Source: an uncultured Planctomycetota bacterium (GTDB lineage Bacteria; Planctomycetota; Planctomycetia; Isosphaerales; Isosphaeraceae). Taken from it: a DNA stretch of 64,000 bases. Position numbers and translations under genes: made by a program. The notes under the pieces were generated by a model. It searched no databases, was not told the DNA's origin, and worked only from the letters and a program-made list of their open reading frames with translations. Positions 55,301 to 64,000 of the stretch are shown in pieces. The stretch covers positions 1,344,001 through 1,408,000 of the forward strand of contig CAWGMQ010000010.1 in the NCBI GenBank assembly GCA_963823665.1, in the 5' to 3' direction. Numbering within the stretch: the first letter of the stretch is position 1; every line of letters starts with the position of its first letter.

Positions 55301-58300
55301 AACCCGACGTGGCGTAAAGCGCCCGCCGCGCACGAGCCGCGGCGCCTGGCGACTGCTGCTCGTTCTTTCGCCGCGCCGCCTCCAGGTTGAAATCGACGAG
55401 CTTGAGCACCTGCGAATAATCCTTCCGTTCCGCGCACGCGTTCATCCCCTGGCACATCGAAAACTGCGGGGAAAACGAGAACGAGCCGGTCGAGTACGTC
55501 GGCGTCGACCTGCCCGTTTGCAGGCGGTCGTATCGTTCGAAGAGCAGGATCAACCCGTCCACGTCACCCCGGTCGGCCGCCAGCGTGAGCGCGCCGGCAA
55601 TCTGGCCCAGCCCGATCGCACCCTGGACGGTCTCGCGATAGAATCGGTCCACGTCGTCCAGCCGCTTGGCCAGCTTGAGCTCGTTGGCGACGTTGACCAC
55701 AACCTCAGCCTGGGCCAGTTCCGGGCGCCGGGCCCGCAACTCGCGATAGCAGGCGATCACGTGATCGACTTCGCGTTTTTCAAGCGGTTTGGCGTTCTCT
55801 TCGCCCTGCCGGGCTTGCAGCGGCGCCGCTTGTCGCACCTGCGACACGATGAAGCGCTGGCCCAGCGGAGCGTTGCGAGCCCCGAGCGCATGGAGAACGG
55901 CCCACAGAGCCAGCGGGTCAGCCGGGGCGCACTCGCTCAATCGTTCGCCGGCCTCGAACGCCCCGGCGTGGTCATCGCGCATCACACAGAGGTAGAACCA
56001 GCTCCAGACGGCGCGAACGTCGGTCGGAGTCTTCATCGCCGCCGCGCGAAACCGAGCGAGCACGCCATTCATCCGGCTTGGCTGCTCGCGTTCCGCGAGG
56101 CTCAGAAGCCAGCCCAGCGCCGCCATCCGGGCCTGCCCGAAATCGGCCGGCGACCAGGAATAGCCTCGCGGCGGAGGCACGGGCAGCAGCTTGCAGTACC
56201 GGCGGATGACGTAAGAAATGCCGACGCGGCCCTCGAGCGGCATCGTGGCGTTCCGCGAGGCGGCGAAGCTCGCAGTCGGCGCCCCCGTGGCTTGGAGCCG
56301 CGGGTTGCGCGCCTGCGCCCTGGCAAAAGCACTCGGCTCGTCGTCGCCGATCGGTAGCTCGATCAACTTCGCAAACTGGGCTTCGGCCTGTTTCGCCCTG
56401 CCGAGCTGCTCGAGCGCCAGCCCCTGGCGGTATAGCGCCTCCCAGTCTTTTGGGTCCGCGCGCAGGCTCGATTCCGTGATTTCGAGCACCGGCAGCGGCC
56501 TGCCGTTCGTAAGCAGATTGTCCATCGCATGGAAGACGCGAAACGACTGGCTCTTGCCCGCGGCCGCTTTGGACCATACCAGCTGCGCTTCCTCCAAGTC
56601 TCCCGCCTTGGCCAGCAGACTCGCGAGCCGTGCCTGCCCGTCCTCGCTCGCCGCCAGCTCCTCGTGCATCTTCTGATAGCGCGCTGCAGCTTCCAGATCA
56701 CCTTCCTCCTCCGCGAGCTTCGAGAGCTGGCCGAGCAACCGCGTGTCGCGAGTATCGGTGGCCAGCAGCCTCTCCAGCTCCGCACGGGCGCTTCCCATAT
56801 CGCCAGACGATGCATACGCCTGCGCCACGCACATGGCGACATCCCGCTCGCGCGCTTCCCCCGCCAGGCGGCGCTCATCGGTGTCCTGGTTTTGCAACCG
56901 CGCAAAGAGCCGGTCGAGCTGGCTGCGCTGGAGGTACAGCTCCGTCAGCTTGCGCACGACCTCCAGCTTGTGATCGAGCTCTGCGGCGCGGTCGAAGGCC
57001 CGCCAGTACATCTCGATCGCTTCCTCCGACTGATACTGACCGGCCAGCGTCTCAGCTAGCCTGAGCACGATGCCGCTCTCGTTCGGGTTGGCCCGGACTG
57101 CGCGCCGCAACGCATCGAGGCCTTCCTCCGGCCGCCCCAGCCCGAAACAGAGCTGCGCGAAGAACTCATAGCTCTCCGGGTTCCCCGGCGCCGCCGCCAG
57201 CAAGTCTCTCCCGGCTTTCAAAGCCGGCTCGACCCGCCCCAGCCGCGCCTCGAGCCGTGCCACACCCGTCAAATGCTCGATCCGGTTGCGGCGATCAATC
57301 TCGGCCAGCCGCAAGAGCGCCGCCGCGGCATCACCGAGGCTCCCCGCCGCTTCGCGCAACCGGGCCGCCAGCGTCCACGCAGGCACCGACCGCGGATCAA
57401 TCTCGAGCGCCATGTCAGCCGCCCGCACCGCCTCTGGCAGCTTGCCATCGGCCTCCAGATACCGCGCCAGCACACCCCAGTCCGACGCAGAAGTTTTTTG
57501 CGCAGCGGCCAGCTCGCGTTGCATGGTCTCGACTCGCTGGGCCACGCGATTGGCAGCCTGGTCGTTCTTGACGCGAGCGTCCAGAACGGCGTCGCGTTCT
57601 TCGTCTTTCTCGGTAAGCTTGCCCGCTGCGGCAAGCTGCGTCTCGGCGTCGTCATACTTTTCGAGGCGATGATTGAGGCTCGCCAGCTTGAGCCGCAGAT
57701 CAAAGCTGTCGGGCTCAAGCCCGACGGCTTCCGCAATTGGAGGCAAAGCTTCCTTTAGATATCCGAAGCCGGCGAGCACTTCGGAGAGCCGGGCCAGCGT
57801 CTTGGAGCTGCGATTGGCTCCTTCGGCGATCGTGGCCCATTCAGCTTTGGCTTCGTCGGGCCGTTTGAGGTTATGCAGGTATTCACCGATGTACTCCCGG
57901 TACTGGGGGTTCGCCGGGGCGAGGTCGGCGGCCTTGCGGTAGAGCGCGAGTGCATCGTCGGTCAGGGCCGCCTGCCGGAGCAGGTCCGCGACCTGCGCGG
58001 CGGTGACGGCATCATTCGGCTTGGCGTCGAGCATCTTCCGCCAGATGGCGACTGCGGCCGCTTTTTTCTCGGGCCCGGGCTTGGTCGTGTCGCGCAGGAC
58101 GAGTGCTCCCCAGTCCCGGAGCGTGTCGGGATTATTGGGCTCGGCCTGATCCAGTGCCTGATACTCGCTGATGGCTTCGGCGAACTTCTGGTCTTGCACG
58201 AGCTGTGCGATGAGAGCCAATCGCAAGTCGCGCCGAGAGGGCGCTAGCTTGACGGCCTTGTCAAACCAGACGTGCGCCTCGGCCGCCCGCCCCATGCCGG

Positions 58301-59240
58301 CCAGAGTGCGGCCCAGCCGGACCAGGGCTTCAACATCGTCTGTTTCACGTTTCGTCCATTGTTCGTAGTAGTTGACGAGCCCGGCTTGGTCGTCGTTTCT
58401 GAGGAAGACCTCTTCGATCTTGCGCCGGACTTCACGATGAAGCCAGCTATCCGGCCGGAGCTTGCCCAGCATGGTCTCGAAGTCGTGAAGCGCCTCTTGT
58501 GATTTTCCCAGCCGGACTTTCAGATCCGCGGCCGAGATGGCGAGCTGTACCTGGCGGAAGGGATCGGTGGCCTTTTTTGAAAGAGCCTCGAAGCGAGGCA
58601 GCGCGGCGGCGGGCTGATTCTCCTCGGCGAGCGTCTGGGCGATCTGTTCCTGGACGCGTGTGTCGCCGGGGAACAGGGCTTCGAGCCGAGCCCAGAGCTG
58701 GAGAGCCTGATCGTTTTTCTGGGTGCGCTGGTAGACGCGGCCCAGTGCTTGAAAGATATCGAGCAAGTCGGTGCGAACAGGCTTGCGGGCGAGAGAGCGC
58801 TCAAAAGCTACGGTGGCATTCTCGGGCTGGCCGATCAGGACGAGTGCCTGCCCGAGATAAAAGGAGGGCAGGGGGTCATCGGCCCGGTGGGTTTCGGCTT
58901 GCTTGAGCGCCGTCACCGCGGCGGCGTCCTGCCCGCGTTGAAACTCGAGCAGCCCGAGGATCAGCCAGGCGGCACCGTCGTCGGATTTCTTGTCGAGCCG
59001 ATCGCGATACGACTTGATGAATTCATCAAGCGAGCCGCGCTCGACATGATAACCGTACACGCGGTCCAGCGGCGTGCCACGTCTGGGGTTTTTTTCGAGG
59101 AGCGACAGGTATCGCTCCATCGAGCGCCGCTCGCGGGCTTCGCTCTCAGCGGCAGCGTCTTGCGGCTGGGCCCCGGCCCTTGTGAGAAGAAGACACAAAA
59201 CGATCGCGATCGCGCGAGCGGGCCAGTAGTGAAACGCCAT
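52383..59240 (-). CDS. 2285-aa signal-peptide TPR protein, paralog of the N-terminal part of 39256..51269, lacking DUF1581/1583
   Basis: Intact ORF; shares LEKNPRRGTPLDRVYGYHVERG, WSP.DFGQARMA.L.W and AAERLFGLRLDT.TQ with the long paralog. Confidence 0.88.
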   Translation of the reverse strand: MAFHYWPARAIAIVLCLLLTRAGAQPQDAAAESEARERRSMERYLSLLEKNPRRGTPLDRVYGYHVERGSLDEFIKSYRDRLDKKSDDGAAWLILGLLEFQRGQDAAAVTALKQAETHRADDPLPSFYLGQALVLIGQPENATVAFERSLARKPVRTDLLDIFQALGRVYQRTQKNDQALQLWARLEALFPGDTRVQEQIAQTLAEENQPAAALPRFEALSKKATDPFRQVQLAISAADLKVRLGKSQEALHDFETMLGKLRPDSWLHREVRRKIEEVFLRNDDQAGLVNYYEQWTKRETDDVEALVRLGRTLAGMGRAAEAHVWFDKAVKLAPSRRDLRLALIAQLVQDQKFAEAISEYQALDQAEPNNPDTLRDWGALVLRDTTKPGPEKKAAAVAIWRKMLDAKPNDAVTAAQVADLLRQAALTDDALALYRKAADLAPANPQYREYIGEYLHNLKRPDEAKAEWATIAEGANRSSKTLARLSEVLAGFGYLKEALPPIAEAVGLEPDSFDLRLKLASLNHRLEKYDDAETQLAAAGKLTEKDEERDAVLDARVKNDQAANRVAQRVETMQRELAAAQKTSASDWGVLARYLEADGKLPEAVRAADMALEIDPRSVPAWTLAARLREAAGSLGDAAAALLRLAEIDRRNRIEHLTGVARLEARLGRVEPALKAGRDLLAAAPGNPESYEFFAQLCFGLGRPEEGLDALRRAVRANPNESGIVLRLAETLAGQYQSEEAIEMYWRAFDRAAELDHKLEVVRKLTELYLQRSQLDRLFARLQNQDTDERRLAGEARERDVAMCVAQAYASSGDMGSARAELERLLATDTRDTRLLGQLSKLAEEEGDLEAAARYQKMHEELAASEDGQARLASLLAKAGDLEEAQLVWSKAAAGKSQSFRVFHAMDNLLTNGRPLPVLEITESSLRADPKDWEALYRQGLALEQLGRAKQAEAQFAKLIELPIGDDEPSAFARAQARNPRLQATGAPTASFAASRNATMPLEGRVGISYVIRRYCKLLPVPPPRGYSWSPADFGQARMAALGWLLSLAEREQPSRMNGVLARFRAAAMKTPTDVRAVWSWFYLCVMRDDHAGAFEAGERLSECAPADPLALWAVLHALGARNAPLGQRFIVSQVRQAAPLQARQGEENAKPLEKREVDHVIACYRELRARRPELAQAEVVVNVANELKLAKRLDDVDRFYRETVQGAIGLGQIAGALTLAADRGDVDGLILLFERYDRLQTGRSTPTYSTGSFSFSPQFSMCQGMNACAERKDYSQVLKLVDFNLEAARRKNEQQSPGAAARARRALYATSGSPGYVPTLRIPLGSRQVSARMTYPQVNEFFDLTVLYVLRTAFEIYKRDDLMSDLMSHFRGQTDRAATPAEAIYPRLSLSAILWWTDQKDEAIAELTKVVNAGRPESDLRFDLADLLMQQALPADAIEILDAVQPLDNMSLKRREELAITAAIATGNAERARRAAERLFGLRLDTETQIRLSGQMHQLGLHDLAEALLGRARRRAGGQSGALVELMTQYGRQGKLEAAAQIAMQVLRGTRSSLAAASQSSLDAETARPAAMRVLAASGLLPELIERTREQLKKTPNSVALHHTLADYYTAARQSDRARIEMARVAELRPEDNELRLRLALQLVESGESSAGLRYYQGVFEKDPYLAANSMYEMTTLFERAGKAGELIELLNGVDVKALADVPSSYIVRLIEIAPPDPKTSEGVKRLYRRAWAAFPGQHPILAGRMARDDIWRLPEMFEYACDGILPGSARSSIAMYLAYAWQIPLGLNAPTAVKNEPTPAVLRLLDLAEERGSLEALLERINVAAKRSPQWLAAGPLQAMVFCRAGRFDEARAVVPRAIELLKQDEAVDEIGVYRVFVYWMLGRELEKYAATRDVALAAYEACCDDPHAFVQFRFLNATDHIPVHDLVQLAMRAGRAEEARHTLLAFARGSWNPQGYAEETARVIHLVGLNAIGASLVELGFAADAVLILREGESLGERVDPSLLSSMFPGMTAVPRQIGERLNAAIAGMSESELSALAPRAITAAAQAKATAKPGAAAMGPAGGRGGQAIDLMTIVHPRGLDQASVRSLVADSLLACSATELAGLVQPLEALRQAHADDLSVAICLALQALASHDDARIHAALEQLAALVEKTPLEPLAGGARANARERAAALGQIPLWLVARECRRQANPSSVRAVGDRLAARALEAARRQDDRVWLLAMLREQGQAAFDRNDRTEATRVWSRMLELVVTPPEAKPRRAAGGNRAAGAVPGRAGAAEPNGP

Positions 59241-59406
59241 GATCGAGACCTCGTGCGGCGAGCGACTAAGCGGAGGCGTGACCCGCGGATTCTCTCAAGA
59301 TCACCTTCTAGAAGGAAGCGTCAATCGGTGCTCCGCGGCCGATTCTTTTGTTCTGCCGGTTGGCTTGAGCCCGGCTCGTTCGTCGGCTACAGTGCCGCGA
59401 TGCCTG

Positions 59407-60028
59407 CGCCCGGTGGTGAGCCTGGCGGTATTGTGCGACGAGCAGCGGAGTTGGCGGCCGGACCGATTCGTGTACAATAACTTGGGCTGTGACCTCGACT
59501 TTCGGTTCCCGAGGGTCAAGCTGATCGACTATCGCCGGGACGAGGCGGCCCTCGAGCAGTCTGCCAATCCGTTTGCGGCCGTCATCCTGGCGCAGCTCAA
59601 GGTTCTCGAGACGCGGGATGCCCCTGCGACTGCGCTGGCAATGGAAACTTCGCCTGGTTAAAGGTCTCTGATGATCGCGGGCTCAAACGAGATCAAGTGC
59701 GGCAGCTTTTTCGTGTGCTTGACTGGATGTTGGCCTTACCGCCCGAGCTCGAGCAATCGTTCCGAACCGACCTCGAGCGTTTTGAGGAGGCACGACGCAT
59801 GCCTTACGTGACGAGTATTGAGAGACTGTGCGCGAAGAAGGATACAAGGAAGGCGTGGCAGGGGGCTTGCAGATCGCCATCCTCAAGCTCCTGCAGCGCA
59901 AGTTCAACAAAGTGCCTGCCAAGCATAGCCGGAAGGTCCACTCGGTGCACGATATTGAGCGGCTGAGCGCATTGTTGCAAGCCGCGACTGACTCCGGGAC
60001 GCTCGACGAATTCGTCTCGCTGCTTTGA
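59407..60028 (+). pseudogene. Rpn/YhgA-like (PD-(D/E)XK, DUF4351-type tail) gene remnant lacking the N-terminal nuclease region
   Basis: RPVVSLAVLCDE..WRP..F....GC...FRFP.VKLIDY..LEQSANPFA, then frameshifted WKLRLVK..LFRVLDWMLALP.ELE..EEARRMPYVTSIER..REEG. Confidence 0.8.
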
Positions 60029-60259
60029 GGAGGCACGACGCATGCCTTACGTGACGAGTATCGAGAGACTGTGCGCGAAGAAGGCGTCGCCGAAGGCTTG
60101 CAAATCGCCATCCTCAAGCTCCTGGAGCTCAAGTTCAAGAAAGTGCCAGCCAAGCATGAACGGAAGCTCCGCTCGGTGCGCGAGATCGGTTGGCTGAGCG
60201 CATTGTTGCAAGCCGCGACTGACGCCAGGACGCTCGACGAAGTCCTCTCGCTGCTTTGA
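59781..60259 (+). repeat. Tandem duplication of the Rpn C-terminal cassette (243-bp unit plus a copy 12 bp shorter)
   Basis: TTTGAGGAGGCACGACGCATGCCTTACGTGACGAGTAT(T/C)GAGAGACTGTGCGCGAAGAAGG at 59781 and 60024; both units end CTCGCTGCTTTGA. Confidence 0.92.
60042..60259 (+). CDS. Stand-alone Rpn C-terminal (RpnS-like) cassette, with a one-base frameshift after ~10 codons
   Basis: GAGGAGG RBS, ATG MPYVTSIERL, then REEGVAEGLQIAILKLLELKFKKVP...LDEVLSLL. Confidence 0.6.
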
Positions 60260-60547
60260 AGACGATCGCGGCGCGGCTCCACTTCTGGAATGAGGCGGCG
60301 AAGCCACTCGGCCAATCCGGCCCTAATGCTTCGCACGCGGGCTCGCTTGCCGGGTCCGCGCCAACGAAAAAAACGAGTCGAATGGGACCAGAGCGACCGC
60401 CCTCCGCCCTGGCTTTTCGCGAAATGGCTTTTGACTATTGTCCGACTTCCAGTCATCCTGGGATATCCGGGTCCGCCTGGACCGCGATTGACGCTTTTCG
60501 AAGAAAAAGGGCCCGGTGCGAATAGCGGACTGTGAGGAATCTCCCCC

Positions 60548-61570
<1,023 letters not shown>

Positions 61571-61599
61571 GCTTGCAACCGGGCACGTTCCAACAGGAT

Positions 61600-61623
61600 G
61601 GTCCGCACAGAACGGACCCTTTC
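61600..61623 (-). repeat. Degenerate copy of the REP-like palindrome
   Basis: Minus strand reads AAAGGGTCCGTTCTGTGCGGACC between moxR and DUF58. Confidence 0.5.
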
Positions 61624-61626
61624 GAG

Positions 61627-62505
61627 ATGGCACTCTTCGATTCCGATTTCCTGAAGAAGCTGGAGTACCTGTCGCTCGTCTCGCGGCGGGTCTTTCGCGG
61701 CCAGCTTCTGGCCCAGCGCCGCACGATGCAGCTCGGCGGCGGAATCGAGTTCGCCGACCATCGCGAGTACACGCCGGGCGATGACTTCCGCTACCTCGAC
61801 TGGAACGTCTACGCCCGCCACGGCGAGCTCTTGCTCAAGCGCTTCCAGGAGGAAGAAGACCTGCACGTCTACCTGCTGCTCGACTGCTCGCGCAGCATGT
61901 CCTTCGGCGATCCGCCCAAGTTCGATTACGTGCGCCAGGTCGGGGCCGCTCTGGCCTACATCGCGCTTGCCGATCTAGACCGAGTCGCCATTGTGGCCTT
62001 CGCCGGCGACGTGGTGGCGGATTTTCCGCTCACTCGCGGCAAGGCGCGCATCCTGTCGCTCCTCAAGTTCCTGGAAAACCTCGAGCCGCAGGGGGCGGCC
62101 ACCGATCTCGCCCGGGTCGCACGGAGCTTCGTCCATCGCGGCCAGCGCAGGGGTCTGGCCCTCGTGCTCAGCGATCTTTTCGATCCCGGCGGATTTCAGC
62201 ATGGCCTCGACCTGCTGCGCCACCACCGTTACGAGCCGCACGTGATTCAGGTCTATGACCGCCGCGACGCCGAGCCCGAGCTCAAAGGCGACCTCGAGCT
62301 CTTCGACGTCGAGACCCAGACGGTCCAGAAAGTCACCGTCACCGAACGTAACCTGCGCCAGTACAAGCGCATCTTCGCCGACTTCCTGGAATCGGTCGCG
62401 CGCTACTGTAACTCCTACGGAATCGGCAACACTCGCTCGAGCACTGACGTGCCCTTTGACGAGCTGCTCCTGCGCATGATGCGCGCGGCGGGAGCGGTCG
62501 CATGA
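61627..62505 (+). CDS. DUF58 family (VWA-like) protein
   Basis: EFADHREYTPGDDFRYLDWN, LLDCSRSM, VLSDLFD. Confidence 0.93.
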   Translation: MALFDSDFLKKLEYLSLVSRRVFRGQLLAQRRTMQLGGGIEFADHREYTPGDDFRYLDWNVYARHGELLLKRFQEEEDLHVYLLLDCSRSMSFGDPPKFDYVRQVGAALAYIALADLDRVAIVAFAGDVVADFPLTRGKARILSLLKFLENLEPQGAATDLARVARSFVHRGQRRGLALVLSDLFDPGGFQHGLDLLRHHRYEPHVIQVYDRRDAEPELKGDLELFDVETQTVQKVTVTERNLRQYKRIFADFLESVARYCNSYGIGNTRSSTDVPFDELLLRMMRAAGAVA

Positions 62506-64000
62506 GCCTGGTCAATCCGGCCGCACTGATCCTGGCTGGGCTGGCGCTGCCGATCATTGTTTTCTACATCTTGAAGATCCGCCTCCGCCGGATTCCGGTC
62601 TCGACCCTTCTTTTCTGGCAGCAGATTTTCGAGGAGAAGAAGCCGCGGTCCCTCTGGCAGAAGCTGCGGCATCTGCTCTCGCTGCTCCTGCAGCTCGCGT
62701 TTCTCGCATTCCTGGTCATTGCTCTGGCCGACCCCATCTTCCGCTGGCAGCAGGCGCGGGCGCGGCGGCTCGTGCTGGTTGTCGACAATTCTTCAAGCAT
62801 GAATGCCAGTGATGTTGCTCCCAGCCGGCTCGAGGCGGCCAGGGAGGAAGGCCGGCGCTTGATCGAGGGCATGCGGGCCGGCGATGAGCTGGCGATCATC
62901 GAGGCCGGGGCCCGCACCCGCGTGGTCTGCGGGCCGACCGACCACGAGCGGACCTTGCGCGACGCCCTGGAATCGATCACTCCGGGCGACGGACCGACTC
63001 GCGTCGAGGAGGCTGTCGCGCTCGCCCGGCGCCTCCTTTCGGGTTCCGAGAAGGTGCGAAAGCTCGTGGTGATCTCTGACGGCAGCTTCGACCGGGCCGC
63101 CGCGCTCGCCCGCGAGGAGAACGTCGAATTCATCGCGATCGGCAAGAAGACCGGCAACTGCGGAATCACCCGGCTCCAGGCCCGCCGCAGCCTCCTCGAC
63201 CCGATTGGGTACGAGATCCTCGTCGAGGTGTTGAACGCCTCGGACGAACCGGCGTCATTCCGCCTCGAGCTCGATCTCGACGACGATCCGATCGACGTCG
63301 TACCCATGAACCTGGCCGCCGGCGCTCGCTCGGTGCACGTCTTCGAGAAGACATCCGCGGAAGGCGGCCGTCTGCATGCCTCGATCGACCGCAAGGACGC
63401 CCTGCCGGCCGATAACTCCGCCTGGGCGATCCTGCCGCGCCGCGCCCGTCAGCGCGTCATCCTGGTCACGCCCGGCAATCTGTTCCTCGAGAAGGTGTTC
63501 GAGGCGATTCCACTCGTCGACCTCGAGGTGGTGAAAGTCTCGAAAGACGGGTCGCCCGACCAGGAAGCCGCCAAGGCGTGGCAAGTTGGGGCCAAAGCAC
63601 TCGCTCCGAACGAACCCCCTCCGGTCGTCGTGTTCCATCACAAGGTGCCCGACGCGCTCCCGCCCTGTCCCGTCTTCGTGATCGAGCCCGAGCGCGCCGG
63701 CGCGCTCTGGGAACTCGGCGAGCTGGTCCAGAACCCGCTGGTCGCGAAACAAGACAAGGAATCGCCCTTGATGTTGCACATCAGGCTCGACAATGTGCTC
63801 ATGCCCGAAGCACGCAAGCTGACGCTGCGCACGCCCGCGAAGGTGCTGGCCGAGTCATCCTCCGGAGACCCGCTCTACGCCGTGCTCGAGCGGTCGCCGG
63901 GGGCAGGGGAGGGTGCAGTCGTCGTCCTCACCGTGAACCTCGACAAGAGCGACCTCCCGCTCCAGACCGCCTTTCCAATCATGACGGCGAATCTCCTCAA
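62502..64000 (+). CDS. BatA-domain / VWA membrane protein, 3' end outside window
   Basis: MSLVNPAALILAGLALPIIVFYILK..VSTLLFW (BatA double TM), MIDAS VVDNSSSM, VISDG; ATGA overlap with DUF58. Confidence 0.88.
   Translation, partial: MSLVNPAALILAGLALPIIVFYILKIRLRRIPVSTLLFWQQIFEEKKPRSLWQKLRHLLSLLLQLAFLAFLVIALADPIFRWQQARARRLVLVVDNSSSMNASDVAPSRLEAAREEGRRLIEGMRAGDELAIIEAGARTRVVCGPTDHERTLRDALESITPGDGPTRVEEAVALARRLLSGSEKVRKLVVISDGSFDRAAALAREENVEFIAIGKKTGNCGITRLQARRSLLDPIGYEILVEVLNASDEPASFRLELDLDDDPIDVVPMNLAAGARSVHVFEKTSAEGGRLHASIDRKDALPADNSAWAILPRRARQRVILVTPGNLFLEKVFEAIPLVDLEVVKVSKDGSPDQEAAKAWQVGAKALAPNEPPPVVVFHHKVPDALPPCPVFVIEPERAGALWELGELVQNPLVAKQDKESPLMLHIRLDNVLMPEARKLTLRTPAKVLAESSSGDPLYAVLERSPGAGEGAVVVLTVNLDKSDLPLQTAFPIMTANLL

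Noticed and set aside
59781..60259. DGR template/variable repeat pair
   Set aside because: Differences between the copies are not confined to adenines, and no reverse transcriptase is in the window.
60260..60547. Riboswitch or ncRNA in the moxR leader
   Set aside because: No conserved riboswitch motif recognisable by eye; an Rfam/Infernal scan would be needed.

Overview
GC-rich bacterial window. Planctomycetota (most like Isosphaeraceae) is inferred from a membrane-extended ECF sigma factor, an LE-x-R-x-LLS surface-protein motif, DUF1501/DUF1800, DUF1581/1583 and Uma2 genes. Many long genes are split by single-base indels, most simply explained as long-read consensus errors, so frameshifted genes are reported as joined CDSs. 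Left to right: Uma2 nuclease; GT-C-like membrane protein; an accessory protease block (alpha/beta hydrolase, half-caspase, sigma-70/ECF-like ORF, 65-aa protein, S53 sedolisin); DUF1152; second Uma2; ECF-DUF1800-DUF1501; ALDH, alkenal reductase and arylamine N-acetyltransferase; a ~7.3 kb SBBP/Calx-beta adhesin-like gene; a TPR protein with an FrpC self-processing-module-like domain; a Zn-ribbon/TM/TPR protein; three tandem CRTAC1 (FG-GAP/ASPIC-UnbV) paralogs separated by GTAG REP-like hairpins; two giant TPR paralogs (~4000 aa with DUF1583/1581, and 2285 aa without) flanking a BrnT-like TA pair; a headless Rpn/YhgA-like gene with a tandemly duplicated C-terminal cassette that has its own RBS and ATG; and a MoxR-DUF58-BatA/VWA operon running off the end. 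No rRNA, tRNA or CRISPR array was seen. All family calls come from motif recognition by eye, not from database searches.
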